DNA of 64,000 nt from Octopus vulgaris (GCA_951406725.2 OX597825.1:16802001-16866000), one strand, 5' to 3'; positions 42,615 through 56,411 are shown, counted from the stretch's first letter. A program made the numbers and translations. Notes: generated by a model from the sequence alone, not told the origin.

Positions 42615-43019
42615 TAAAAATGATACACTCAAGATATTCCCAAGAATTCATTAAAAAGCAGTCCTAATCACTGCTATAATCCATAATGTGCCAATTTAAA
42701 GTTATTTGAACATTTAACACCATACTACTTTCACACTACCTACATTCCTTCTTCGTCTCCCTTCTCTTTCTTCTTCTTCTTCTTCTTCTTCTTCTTCTTC
42801 TTCTTCTTCTTCTTCTTCTCCTTCTTCTTCTTCTTCTTCACCTTCTTCTTCTCCTTCTTCTTCTTCTTCTTCTACCAAGAATTCACAACAACCTCGAACC
42901 CACAAGAGTAAACAAAAGTGACAGAGAAAGGCAGAAACAAGGAAAATGCCCCTTGTATTTGAATACTATACAAATATTCTTTTAAATAAACTTTTCTAAA
43001 TTTAATTGTTTTCCATATT

Positions 43020-43145
43020 TAAAGTTGAAAAAGTCTCAATGACTGAAACCGGTACTGAAATTTTTTTATAAAATTGTTTTAGCATTTTTTACCTTGACAT
43101 TTTTCCGTATATATCAACTCGTGTGTTCCTTTTCAACCTTCAACA
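43020..43145 (+). mobile_element. Decayed PLE 3' end with HHR-like relic
   Basis: TTGAAAA-AGTC(TCAAT)GACT-GAAA-CCGG-TA followed by T-rich tail then (TA)n. Confidence 0.45.
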
Positions 43146-43159
43146 TATAATTCTATATA

Positions 43160-43233
<74 letters not shown>

Positions 43234-44166
43234 ATGTATACAGTTAAGCTGTCAGATACACACTCACACACTTGTATATAAATATATACATGCATACTCC
43301 CATATGTTATGTCGAAATCAGTGACTTCGGTCAATGGAAACTCTTTATGTACTTATTCCCAAAGAATATCGCCCAGAAAAGAAAAGAAATTGCTATTGAT
43401 ACGTACATTTTAAAAAGATGATGGTAAATGTAAATGCGAAGGGGTGCCTCGTTTCCTGACGGTCGGAGCAGTAAACAATAAAATTTATATCATATTCCAT
43501 CCGTCGGATTAACTTAGGTGCAGTATGGTTGCAAATGAGACTGTGATTAGCTATGGCAGGTCATCGAACTATCAAGAGAACTGAGGTAGATCTTTGAAAT
43601 GAACCAAGTATTCTACAGTGTCTATAAACATGCAAAGAATATCCCTGTAAAGCTTAAATTTAAATCACGAAGAAAGATACGGTTGCAAATTACCTATCTA
43701 TTCAAGAATGTCATGGGGTCTTCTTTTTGGCTTCATATGTCTCCTGGCATAGATATCGAAGTCCATCTAATTCATTCCTTTATCTCTGTCTCTCTGTCTC
43801 TCTTTTCTTCTAGATGCCTTCAGCTGGGAAGTAATATTACCGGTAAAGGCATGCAGTTGCGTTATACTCTATGATCAATAACTGATAAGGAATTAGAGAC
43901 CTTCTGCGCCTGGTTTCTCTTCATCTGTGCATTTAATACATGTTTTTTAACTTACGACTCTATGACTGTTTTCCGTTTGTGCATTTACTGTACATCTTCT
44001 CCCTTATCAACTAACGGAACGCAACGTACTTTGGTTTATATATATATATATATAGAAATTCGGGGTGAGTACTTGGTAATTATAAGCACCTGTGTATACC
44101 GTTTGGTGGTATAGGTGGTGGAGTAAATTAATCAAAATAAAATAAAAACATGATGCGAAGGATTCA

Positions 44167-44244
44167 GCGGTACATATGTTTCGGGCCTTTATTAGACAGA
44201 TTTATAACAATGCATAATGTGTGTCTGTGGCCTTCTTCAGCCGC
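44167..44244 (-). ncRNA. Type I hammerhead ribozyme with long stem II
   Basis: Reverse complement of 45427-45504. Confidence 0.8.
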
Positions 44245-45426
44245 GCACAACAGCTTCCACAAGGACATGTGTTACATCAAAAATTCTTGGTTGGGGATGC
44301 AAATCCTCTCATTCGCGTACGACATAATGCGGCAGCAGCATAGAATTGAAGCGTCCATCTCTTTCTTCTCTCAATGTAGAATGAGGAAAACTGGATGTTG
44401 AGGTAATGTAAATAAATAAATACATATATAGGCGTGAGGATGGAGGGGCGAGAATTCGGGACCAGGGATAAAAAATGTATAAAAGGTGTAAGTATAGAAA
44501 AATATAAAAATGTAGAGCATAAAGATATAAAGAGTTATAAGGAGATGTAAAGGGGGTATAAAGAATATAAAGAAATGTAAAGAAATATAAATAAATGTAA
44601 AGGCATAAGGTTATAAAGTAAAAATAGAAATAGAAATAAAAGTAAAAAAACATGATAAAAACATGATAAAAATGTAAAAGAATGTAAAGATAAGGGATGT
44701 ATAGAGGTTACGGACCAAGCATGGTGGTCAGGAGATTGATAAAATTTAGTTGTAGACTTGGAGGCGTATATGTACGCGTGTATGTGGGTGTATATATCCA
44801 TGATGATATGTATGTACTAGAAGTCCATTTAATTCAAGAAACCAGATTAAATGCTCATCAACTCTGATTTACAACACATTAGGTCCCCAGAGGAAACTGT
44901 TGATTTACTGACAATTCTACAACTAAATTTTATCAATCTCCTGACCACCATGCTTGGTCCGTAACCTCTATACATCCCTTATCTTTACATTCTTTTACAT
45001 TTTTATCATGTTTTTATCATGTTTTTTTACTTTTATTTCTATTTCTATTTTTACTTTATAACCTTATGCCTTTACATTTATTTATATTTCTTTACATTTC
45101 TTTATATTCTTTATACTCCTTTACATCTCCTTATAACTCTTTATATCTTTATGCTCTACATTTTTATATTTTTCTATACTTACACCTTTTATACATTTTT
45201 TATCCCTGGTCCCGAATTCTCGCCCCTCCATCCTCACGCCTATATATGTATTTATTTATTTACATTACCTCAACATCCAGTTTTCCTCATTCTACATTGA
45301 GAGAAGAAAGAGATGGACGCTTCAATTCTATGCTGCTGCCGCATTATGTCGTACGCGAATGAGAGGATTTGCATCCCCAACCAAGAATTTTTGATGTAAC
45401 ACATGTCCTTGTGGAAGCTGTTGTGC

Positions 45427-45504
45427 GCGGCTGAAGAAGGCCACAGACACACATTATGCATTGTTATAAATCTGTCTAATAAAGGCCCGAAACATATGTA
45501 CCGC
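45427..45504 (+). ncRNA. Type I hammerhead ribozyme with long stem II
   Basis: GCGG-CTGAAGA-AGGCC-(~40 nt)-AGGCCC-GAAA-CATATG-TA-CCGC; canonical core, GUA cleavage triplet. Confidence 0.8.
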
Positions 45505-45542
45505 TGAATCCTTCGCATCATGTTTTTATTTTATTTTGATCA

Positions 45543-45591
<49 letters not shown>

Positions 45592-45637
45592 TACATATAT
45601 ATATACACACATATATATATATATATATACGTATATA

Positions 45638-45673
<36 letters not shown>

Positions 45674-45753
45674 CATGTATATATGTGTGTATATATATAC
45701 ACATGTGTGTTCGTGTGTTTGTATGTGTGTCTATAAGCATATACATTTAATTA

Positions 45754-45804
<51 letters not shown>

Positions 45805-45807
45805 CTA

Positions 45808-46631
45808 CTATATAGGATGAAGTTTTTTTACAGAAAAAGATTCCATCAAAAAATGGCAGCATAATTAAAATACCTTTAAAGGTTAAAATTACAAACGACT
45901 TATAAACAAGGGCAAAAGAAAATTATTTCTATGTCAATATGTTGATAACAGACTTTTAAATCGTCAATTTCCACATATTATTATAACCACTACAGAAATA
46001 CGTTGTGCTGAAATCGAGGAACGCTAGCCAACAGAATTTGTTTTAAATGTTAGTTATTTCTATATTGAATCAATTTCGGAATTATTCTCATAATAGATTT
46101 TTTTCCTCGTCAGTAGAAAATACGAATAGAAATATATGAAATACTTACATGCGCCCATGAAAAAAAAAACGGAGCAAAATTCATGAGTACATATAAGTAC
46201 CCCAGATATATCTAAATATAAAATCCTTTGGTTAGCCTCAGCACATGTATGAATGTTCTCCACCACAGATTATAGTGGTTACCAGTCCCTATAGCGAATA
46301 GTAATAAATCTACCAGTAATATAGGATGAAGTTTTCTTACAAAAAGAAAATCCATCAAAAAAGTGGCAGCATATTTAAAATACCATTAAAGGTTAAAATA
46401 TAAACAACTTATAAACAAGGGCAAAAGAAAATGATTTCTACGCCAATATGCTGATAACAGACTTTTAAATCGACAATTTCCATATATTATTAAACCCACT
46501 ACAGAAATACGTCGTGCTGAAATCGAGGAAAGCTGTAGTGGGTATAATAATATGTGGAAATTGACGATTTAAAAGTTTGTTATCAGCATATTGGCATAGA
46601 AATAACTTTCCTTTGCTCTTGTTTATAAGTT

Positions 46632-46637
<6 letters not shown>
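45808..46637. repeat. ~210-bp unit repeated twice directly (45808-46021, 46319-46531) and once inverted (46533-46637)
   Basis: TATAGGATGAAGTTTT...GTGCTGAAATCGAGGAA twice; then CTGTAGTGG...CTTGTTTATAAGT reverse complement. Confidence 0.8.
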
Positions 46638-46688
<51 letters not shown>

Positions 46689-46694
<6 letters not shown>

Positions 46695-46844
46695 AAGGAG
46701 CTTCTACAGGACTAGAACTGTTTCATTCAAAAGAAATCATCAGTTCTAGTCCTGTAGAAGCTCCTTCTATAAAATAAATTAATTTACTCTGCTATGTATT
46801 GAGTACCTTATTTACTGTGGTTAACCCCGACTCAACCCGGGACC

Positions 46845-46847
<3 letters not shown>
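46689..46847. mobile_element. Miniature head-to-head PLE remnant with HHR core in the loop
   Basis: 32-bp perfect arms 46689-46720 / 46741-46772; minus strand CTGATGA-T-TTC(TTTT)GAA-T-GAAAC. Confidence 0.65.
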
Positions 46848-46878
<31 letters not shown>

Positions 46879-46879
<1 letters not shown>

Positions 46880-47165
46880 CATTAATAAATCTCTGAACGA
46901 GATGTAAACAGTAACCGCTCGACAAGGTAAAGTGTACTAGCCATCTGAATGTGGCTGGCCACCGGGGGTGGGTGTTACTGAAGCTTATAGCCCCGGGAGA
47001 TCATCGTCTCCAGCTGGCTTTAGACACACTTTCTGTGCCCTGTGCACAGAAGGGCACAGAAAGTGTGTCTAAAGCCAGCTGGAGACGATGATCTCCTGGG
47101 GTTATAAGCTTCAGTAACACCCACCCCCAGTGGCTAGCCACATTCAGATGGCTAGTATAATTTAC

Positions 47166-47166
<1 letters not shown>
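46879..47166. repeat. 107-bp-arm hairpin insertion in (TA)n
   Basis: 46935-47041 pairs with 47051-47157 (about 4 mismatches), 9-nt loop. Confidence 0.85.
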
Positions 47167-47206
<40 letters not shown>

Positions 47207-48313
47207 CACCACAGAGAGAGAAACACACAGTCACACACACACATATATATATGTGCAACTACCATTTAGTGTGGAATAATATAATGTTCAGCGCTTATTG
47301 TTCTTTTCTGTATGTTAAGGAAAGGCGCTCTGTAGAACATGAGATTTCTGTAGCTAATAACTGACTATAAGGTCTCTTTCAAATAATTTTCGGTTCAGTA
47401 ACTTTGTAATAACTGTTAGTAGAGTTTTGCTGTTGGTGATACGAGACATTTGCACAACAGTAATTTAGTACGTAGAGCTCATTAACCACATTACATCATG
47501 GTTGTGTTCGTTGCTCATAGTACTAGTGTTACGAGAACCTGATCATCGTTGCAGTAGAACCTTTTACTATGTTCATTGTATGGCTTTTATATACTGTGGT
47601 ATGAATTTAAAATATCTTACTTATCCGTACCTCACCTTAATTGTGTAAAATAATGTATGTACTTTCACGACGATTGGTTTAGAATTAATTTCCCACCTCT
47701 TTAGCATATGCAGGTTTTTTTTTGTATTGTTTTCCTTTTTCTGACATTCATTTAAATTCCTAGTTGACATCAGTTCTGGGAATGTTTTCACACTCTCTCT
47801 TTTACGTTTTTGGCTTGGAACATTTCAATTATATCAGTATGAATTAATTGAAACACTATCAAAAGGCTGAAAAAGAAGATCTAACAATACAAAATTATGT
47901 TTGATTATTGATTCTCAAAGAGCTTGAAGAAGCCTTTTGACATATCAAATAAGAGATACAGATTTTCCAAGTTCTAAGATTCAAATTTCAAAGGAACAAA
48001 TTCTTCTTGTACAACTATCCAGACTCTTCACATAATTTGTGTGCGTATACATTAGATATATACGCGCGTGCGACAGACACACACATATAGAGAGAGAAAG
48101 AAAAAGGAGAAAATTAAATTTAGACGTATAGATGTATGTATAAGTACACGTACATAATATATATAATACAATTATGTATAAATATATAGGTCTTGGTTTT
48201 CAACAGGCGTAAATTATAAAGTGATATTTTGAAGTGGTTAGACGAACTTAGAGTCTATTTTCAGCATATAGACACAGAAATCTCTGGATCCTTAATTATA
48301 ATGATATTTTATA

Positions 48314-48384
<71 letters not shown>

Positions 48385-48583
48385 TTATCTATCTAACCAT
48401 CCATCCATCCATCCATCCATCTATATGTTTGTGTGTGTGTGTGTGTGTGTGTGAGTCTTTTTATATGATCGCCACTGATAAAATTCGAAAATATTTTAAC
48501 CTTAATTATATTTGTATATATATGTATACACAAACACATACACACACATACATTCACAGACACAGACGCACACATATGTATGC

Positions 48584-48650
<67 letters not shown>

Positions 48651-48653
<3 letters not shown>

Positions 48654-48895
48654 AAGCTGAGTTTGAGAGGGAACTGAAATCTCCGCATACGGTAGGGGTA
48701 GTCTGTTGGGGTTGGCGGAATTTTCGGAATAAAAACAGTAGCGTTGTTGCCGCATCTCTTGATAATTTGGACTTCAATGACGTGGTCCATCATTTGTTTG
48801 ACCTCAAGGCCAATTCCATTGCACAGTGTGGGTGCGTTTAGCTTGCGTGGGCGGATGATAGGGCAACTGACGTCTAAGTGAAATTCATGTCGTCT
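48651..48895 (-). pseudogene. Helitron PIF1-like helicase fragment
   Basis: [43 protein letters not shown]...[25 protein letters not shown] matches the LKVG.PIILLRNL..LCNGTRL..VFIPRI..R.QFP pattern. Confidence 0.85.
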
Positions 48896-49055
48896 GGTAT
48901 AGGAAAGATCTCTTTCTAAATATAATGTTGAGAGGAAGAACTGAAGAAATTGACGAAAAATAAAATGATATACTGAACCAGCTTCGGGCAAGAGTCTCAT
49001 CTTGAATACTCTTTGTCTTCTCTGTGAAAACATCTGCACACACTCTCACTTGTGC

Positions 49056-49161
<106 letters not shown>

Positions 49162-49562
49162 CAATATACATATTATGCGCGCCTGCGTGTGAGCGTGCGT
49201 TGTGCGTGCATATATTAAAAAAGAAAAAAGAACATACTTCTTGAACTTTATCGTGGAGAAAAGAAAGAAAATTTTAAAATGTTTTAATCCAAATATGCTA
49301 CCAGTTTCAATCGTTTTATAAAACGATTTAGTCATGTCGCATAATAATAAATTAGATTCAAATGAATGACATTCAGTTCAATTAATCTTTCATTATATTG
49401 ATTCAGGAAGTTCTCATGCTTTTCTTTTAAAATTTACATGCTGTTTCTGGCTGGATCCCTTCTGAATATTGCTGGGTTAGAGTAGGAATAGTATCAATTT
49501 AAATCACGGCATTTCTTTTTAGCATCCAATCTTGGATGCTGTTCTTACGGAGTGAGCATTAG

Positions 49563-49747
49563 TAATCCTTTCTACTACAGGTACAAGGCTTGAAATATTT
49601 TTGGAGGGGGTCTAGTCGATTACATCGACCCCAGTGTTTAACTGGTACTATTTAACCAACGCCGAAAGAATGAAATCTAGAATCAACCTCGGATAATATG
49701 AACTCGGGTCGTAAAAACGGACCAAATGCCGAAAAGCTGACCGCCTT
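49563..49747 (-). mobile_element. Decayed OR-type SINE
   Basis: GTCGATTACATCGACCCCAGTG..AACTGGTAC. Confidence 0.7.
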
Positions 49748-49777
49748 TGTGTGGGTATTAATAATATGGTCATTGGT

Positions 49778-50320
<543 letters not shown>

Positions 50321-50767
50321 TGTATCAGTATCACTAGCAGAATCAGCAGTGGCGACCAGTTACCATAGAGAGACGGAATCAACGATATCTTCATAGAAAT
50401 GAAAACCGCTTCAACCTGTGTTTTTCCTCTACTCAAATAATGTTCAAAATATTCAGCCGATGATGCTTCGCAGGTTTTGTTTCTCCATATTCGTTCTACG
50501 TAAAATTATAATCTATGTATAGATGTCTCGTCTATTTCGACCAGAAAGATTATATATGGGAGGTAACAAATGTGCCTGGAAATCAATAGAATTACTTAAA
50601 GAATCTTTCATTGTCTCTATTGATTTGAAATTGTCCGGTAACAAGAGGAAGTAAATTTCTGTCCGCGTTGTATCTTATTTCTCTTTCCTTCTATTTCCAT
50701 ACATACATAAATGCGTATAAACATACATACATACAACAATACATACATAACATCAATACTGGCATGT

Positions 50768-50813
<46 letters not shown>

Positions 50814-50898
50814 GCATATATATATATATGTGTGTATATATATGTATATATATATATATGTATATATATGTATATATATATATGTATATATATGTATA

Positions 50899-50971
<73 letters not shown>

Positions 50972-51071
50972 ATTAATTTATATATATTATATATATATCA
51001 AGAATCTTACAAAAGAAATATATAAACGTATATATATATATATATATATATACATACACGTATGTATATTA

Positions 51072-51110
<39 letters not shown>

Positions 51111-52115
51111 TACAGACGCACACATATATGTATATATACACATGTATGTTTAAATTCATAGACACACACAAATATATATTTATATGCACACGCGTATATA
51201 CACATACGTGTGTGTATATGTCTGTGTGTCTGTGTGTCTACGCGCGTCCTGTCGCCCATTATATTTTCTACACTATCACTGCGGCTCCACTTCTCTTTCA
51301 GCTAAGCTGAAGTATTCCACCATAACCTTTTGCCAAATTCTCACCTGCAGTTATTGCATTGTTCGTGAACAATCAAATTCAATTTATCATTTATTTTATT
51401 CGCTTTCTTCTCGGTGGTCTTGTTTTATTTATTTATTGAATACGTTTTTACATTCCCTCTATGAATTAAGTTCTCGACTGCCATCATACTTGGCACGGTT
51501 TGCAAATTTTTTAAATGACTAAATTATGCCAGCTTATAGGATTTTGAATATTTTTACACATTCTGTATTTTCCATCTTGGCAAAGACTTCTTGAAATAAT
51601 AATAATAGTAACAATAGTAATGGTAATAACAATAAATGTCCTGATGCAAGACCAAGCGGTGGTTCTCATAACTTCTCATCTTAACTGACTCGAAGTATTA
51701 ACATGTACATTGTTTTGTCTTGGTGTAAAAGATGGACTTCAACAAATATTCTGCCCAATACTACAGATTTGCTTGTCAGTTGTTTGACTATGACCTGTTG
51801 AATATGTCCCTTACTGGCTCCGAATATGTGCATCTCTGATGAAGAACAGGAGTAGTGGTGAAGTACTATAGTAATGTGATGAGAGGAGTTCTTTGGGGTT
51901 TGCATGATTCAACCTTAGAAAGATGAGTGTTTCGGTTTTCATCCTGCAAGGTCACATGTTGTTTATCTTGTTATATGATTACCATGTCGCACACATATTG
52001 TTGTGAAGCATGTGCCTGTTGTACCCTTATTAGCGGGTAGTCATGATGGGTACATTGGGCTTCGTATATTTGCATTCCAATTTTCACTCTGATGGCATGC
52101 GTTGCACTCTCACTC

Positions 52116-52183
<68 letters not shown>

Positions 52184-52241
52184 TAATAATAATAATAATA
52201 ATCATAATCATAATAATAATAATAATGATGATGATAATAAA

Positions 52242-52282
<41 letters not shown>

Positions 52283-52293
52283 TGATAATAAAA

Positions 52294-52324
<31 letters not shown>

Positions 52325-52340
52325 TTATAATAAAAATAAA

Positions 52341-52394
<54 letters not shown>

Positions 52395-52395
52395 T

Positions 52396-52940
52396 AATAT
52401 CCTACGCTGTACATCCACTGGAATACTTGTAAATACTACGAAATTATATCGCATCATAAGTGGTACAGGCACCGTCCTTTGGAACTTCCCAATGCAAACA
52501 GACAGAAAAAAGTTTACTCCAATCGACCAGACATTGTGATCAAGGACTACAACAGAGCAACTTGTCTGTTGATGGATATGTCTGTCCCACAAGCTCAAAA
52601 TGTTTCAAGAAAGGGATTCGAAAATATTTCTCACTATAAAGGTCTGCAAAGTGAAATCACAGCAATGTGGATGCTTAGTACTACGATCATACCAATAGTA
52701 ATTGGTATGTTGGGATTGATAAAGAAGGGAGCTGAGAAGTATATTAAGCCACTCCCTGCAACTCCGTGAAGTACAAACGATAACGTTGATGGTTACAACC
52801 CATATACTACGGAAAGCACTCTGCATCTAAAATGGAATAAATGTGGTGATAATTTTAGCATGCATAGCAAAACAAACGTGCATTTGGTACTTTTGGCCTC
52901 CGGAGGATGTCCGGTACTAAGGCAACTGAAATAAATTTAT
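52396..52940 (+). mobile_element. 5'-truncated R4/Dong-like non-LTR element (restriction-like endonuclease domain) abutting (AAT)n
   Basis: TVLWNFPMQTDR|VYSNRPDIVIKDYNRATCLLMDMSVP...HYKGLQSEITAMW...IPIVIGMLGLI, frameshifted. Confidence 0.8.
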
Positions 52941-53061
52941 AATGAAAGGAAACCGTAAAGGATGATGACAATTATAATAATAGTAGAAGGAATGACCTTC
53001 TGTCCAAATTGTAAACGATTATCGTTAGTAAATTGGACAAGATGCTTAGTAACATTTCGTA

Positions 53062-53165
53062 CAAAGTTGACCTCGGCGGAATTTGAACTAAGAACGTAAT
53101 GGCAGACGAAATACAGCTGAGCATTTCGCCCGGCGTGCTAACGTTTCTGCCAGCTCACCGCCTTA
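53062..53165 (-). mobile_element. OR-type SINE head
   Basis: CTGCCAGCTCACCGCCTT, GCGGAATTTGAACT. Confidence 0.75.
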
Positions 53166-53809
53166 ATAATTACAAGAACAACAAATAAAATCAGCGCCCT
53201 TGTTACATATCAGTATGAGATACGTGCAAAACTACTATAAGCTTTAAGAAAATAAATGACAAAATGGAAATGGAATGCCATAATGAGAAATATATAGAAA
53301 AAACATGGGATAAAAACAGACACATACGTTTTGATATTAGTTGCATAAAATCAATGTTTAATCACCACTAGCTCAAGTAAAGAAATAAGTCATTGAAATA
53401 AAGTAGTGAAAGATACACTAATGATTAGTGTTTAGTGTTCAAGAAGCACAATGAGTTAGTTTACCACATCGTCTTTATCTTAGGCACCTTTGCCAAGTTG
53501 GTGTGTATTCACAAACACTGTTGGTCGGTAGCCTATATCCACTTGGCAAGGCGACAAAACTTCAATATCAACACGTACAACAAATGTAATAAACATGAAC
53601 GGAACATGGTGCATGAAAACAGCCCAGTTACAATAAAGCGGGACATGTCTATCTAAGCTACCTAAGAAATCAAGGTAAACAAATCAGATGTAATAAGAAA
53701 GGACAGGAAAAAATACAAGTAGGCTGAAGAACAACACGATTGCCACAGACATTCTACTACTACTACTACTACTAGTAATAATAAGAATAATAGCATAATA
53801 ATAATAATA

Positions 53810-54390
53810 TTTTCCATTATACGCACAAGGCCTGAAATTTTGGGGGAGTTGCCAGTCGATTAGATCTACTCCAATACACAACTGGTACTTATTTAATCGA
53901 CCCCGAAAGGATGAAAGGCAAAGTCGACTTCGGCGGAATTTGAACTCAGAACGTAGCGGCAGACGAAATACCCATTTCTTTACTACCCACATGGGGCTAA
54001 ACACAGAGAGGACAAACAAGGACATACAAACGGATTAAGTCGATTATATCGACCACAGTGTGTAACTGGTACTTATTTAATCGACCCCGAAAGGATGAAA
54101 GGCAAAGTCGACCTCGGCGGAATTTGAACTAGGACATAGCGGCAGATGAAATACCTATTTCTTTACTGCCCACAAGGGGCTAAACACAGAGAGGACAAAC
54201 AAGGACAGACAAACGGATTAAGTCGATTATATCGACTCTAGTGTGTAACTGGTACTTATTTAATCGACCCCGAAAGGATGAAAGGCAAAGTCGACTTCGG
54301 CGGAATTTGAACTCAGAACGTAGAGGCGGACGAAATACTGCTAATCATTTTGCCCGGCGTGCTAACGTTTCTGCCAATTCGCCGCCTTAA
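53810..54390 (-). mobile_element. OR-type SINE with a triplicated ~183-bp internal unit
   Basis: AACTGGTACTTATTTAATCGACCCCGAAAGG at ~53880, 54065, 54247; single head at 54390. Confidence 0.85.
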
Positions 54391-55904
54391 CATTAACAAC
54401 AACAACAACAAGCAGCAGCAGCAACAACAACAACAACACGACCACCACCACCAACAACAACAACAATAACAATAATGTTTTCTACTATATTCTGCTCTTG
54501 AAATTCTGGGGGAGGGGACTAGCCGATTACATCAACCCAAGTACATGAATGGTACTTATTTTATCGACCCCGAAAGGTTAAAAAGCAAAGTTGAACTCAG
54601 ACCATCACGATGTACGAAACGTCACTAAGCATTTTATCCAATTCGCTAACAATAATGGTTTAAAATTTGGACAGAAGGTCATTCCTTCTTTGATTATTTC
54701 AGATTCCCTTTATTTATTACGTCTACATCCCGTTTCTCGTTATCAGTTTTATAACTCTTTCATGCGCTGTGTACATTTTAGTAGACATATTTCAGGTTAT
54801 TGAGGTTAACCTTCCTGCCAAAACTAGAACATATATCGAACGCAATCTTTCGCTTAAATGTTTCCACTATTTCTGATGTTATTACAACATTATCTCCTTC
54901 TTTTATGGTTATAGTCTTGTGGTATGAGGCATATACCTGTTCTGTCGGAAATATATTATTCTCATAAAAGCGTGCAAATTATGAGTTTTTGATCACGCAG
55001 GTATATCAGATACACCGCCCCTTTACAAATCCGACTACAAGAAGACGTTTTGCACAGTTAGGTATTAAGAGATTACTTCGAAAATATACAATACTATATC
55101 ATTGGGTCGAAATGTGCTCAGACATCTTCGCTGAAACAGCGTATATTTCTTCATTAGATTTCTCAAATGATTTCCGTTTAAGGGTTAATAAAGCTGATAG
55201 GCGAAGATAACAGACAATTAGGAAATGAAAATTGTTAAGTTTTGTTTTCTTGAGAGAAACGTGAGAAAGCGGAAAGGTCGATTATTGTAGAAATGTAATT
55301 GACAACATAAGCCGAGAGGTACTTATGGCTCTAATAAAATTTCAGTCAAGAAATAAGAATGGTAAATGCGGTCAGTAGATGGCATTAAGGGGAGACCACA
55401 AACAATTGCAAACAGATGTATCTGGATAGGTATGTTTAATTCATGTGTCTGGGTATGTACGTGTGTATGTGTGTATGTGTGTATGTGTGTGTGTGTGTGT
55501 GTGCCTCTCTGTGTTTATGTGCGTTTATGTGGGTGTGCTTCAGTTTGAGTTTGTGTGTGTGTGCCTCTGAGTGTGTTTCATGTGTGTGCGCATATCTAAG
55601 TTTACGTGATAAAGTGTTATGTAAGGACAAGCACGCAGGCTTTGAAAATGTAAATATATGATGATTTACACACACACACATACACACACACACACACATA
55701 CGAATATATACACATACGTACACGTAAACAACACAGACACTCACATATATGATTACACACTTATACGTCTGTATATATTATACACAAATATATACATACA
55801 TATATATGTATATGAACACACACACACACACATATATATATGTCTGTATATATTATACATACATATATACATACATTTATATATATATATGAACACACAC
55901 AGAT

Positions 55905-55935
<31 letters not shown>

Positions 55936-56261
55936 CACATTTATTTTGTTATGTGTGTATTTGATTTTATGATATGTGTATTGTATGCGTGTATGTATAT
56001 TCACAACAAGAAAAGACTGATTGACATTATCAGAACGGTTTATTTTTATTTTCCTTTGCTTCTAATTCTAGCGCTTAGTCATTGAAATTTAATCACTTCT
56101 AACCTATAGTTTCTATGTAAAACAATGCGAAAACAGACGAGATAAAAAAAATACACAACCAATTATATTCTAAATATTACTAACAAACAATTTATCTCGG
56201 ACGTCAAATTCTGGATAACTAGCAGACAAGATACAAACACGTGAGTATGCGTGTTTCTATG

Positions 56262-56345
<84 letters not shown>

Positions 56346-56356
56346 GGTTAAGTAAT

Positions 56357-56410
<54 letters not shown>

Positions 56411-56411
<1 letters not shown>

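Larger units (their letters stand above)
44054..45547. mobile_element. PLE remnant: ~630-bp near-perfect inverted pLTR arms (44124-44756 minus, 44916-45547 plus)
   Basis: Track ORFs 44150..44401(+) and 45270..45521(-) are identical; HHR in each arm; (TA)n on both sides; spacer encodes LEVHLIQ..LINSD, possibly an ORF end. Confidence 0.85.

Noticed and set aside
44150-44401. 83-aa ORF present three times (also 45270..45521, 26956..27201)
   Set aside because: Antisense to the ribozyme-bearing pLTR; recurrence is explained by the repeat, with no protein motif
51836-51870. CTGATGAAG motif
   Set aside because: No stem II or GAAA partner
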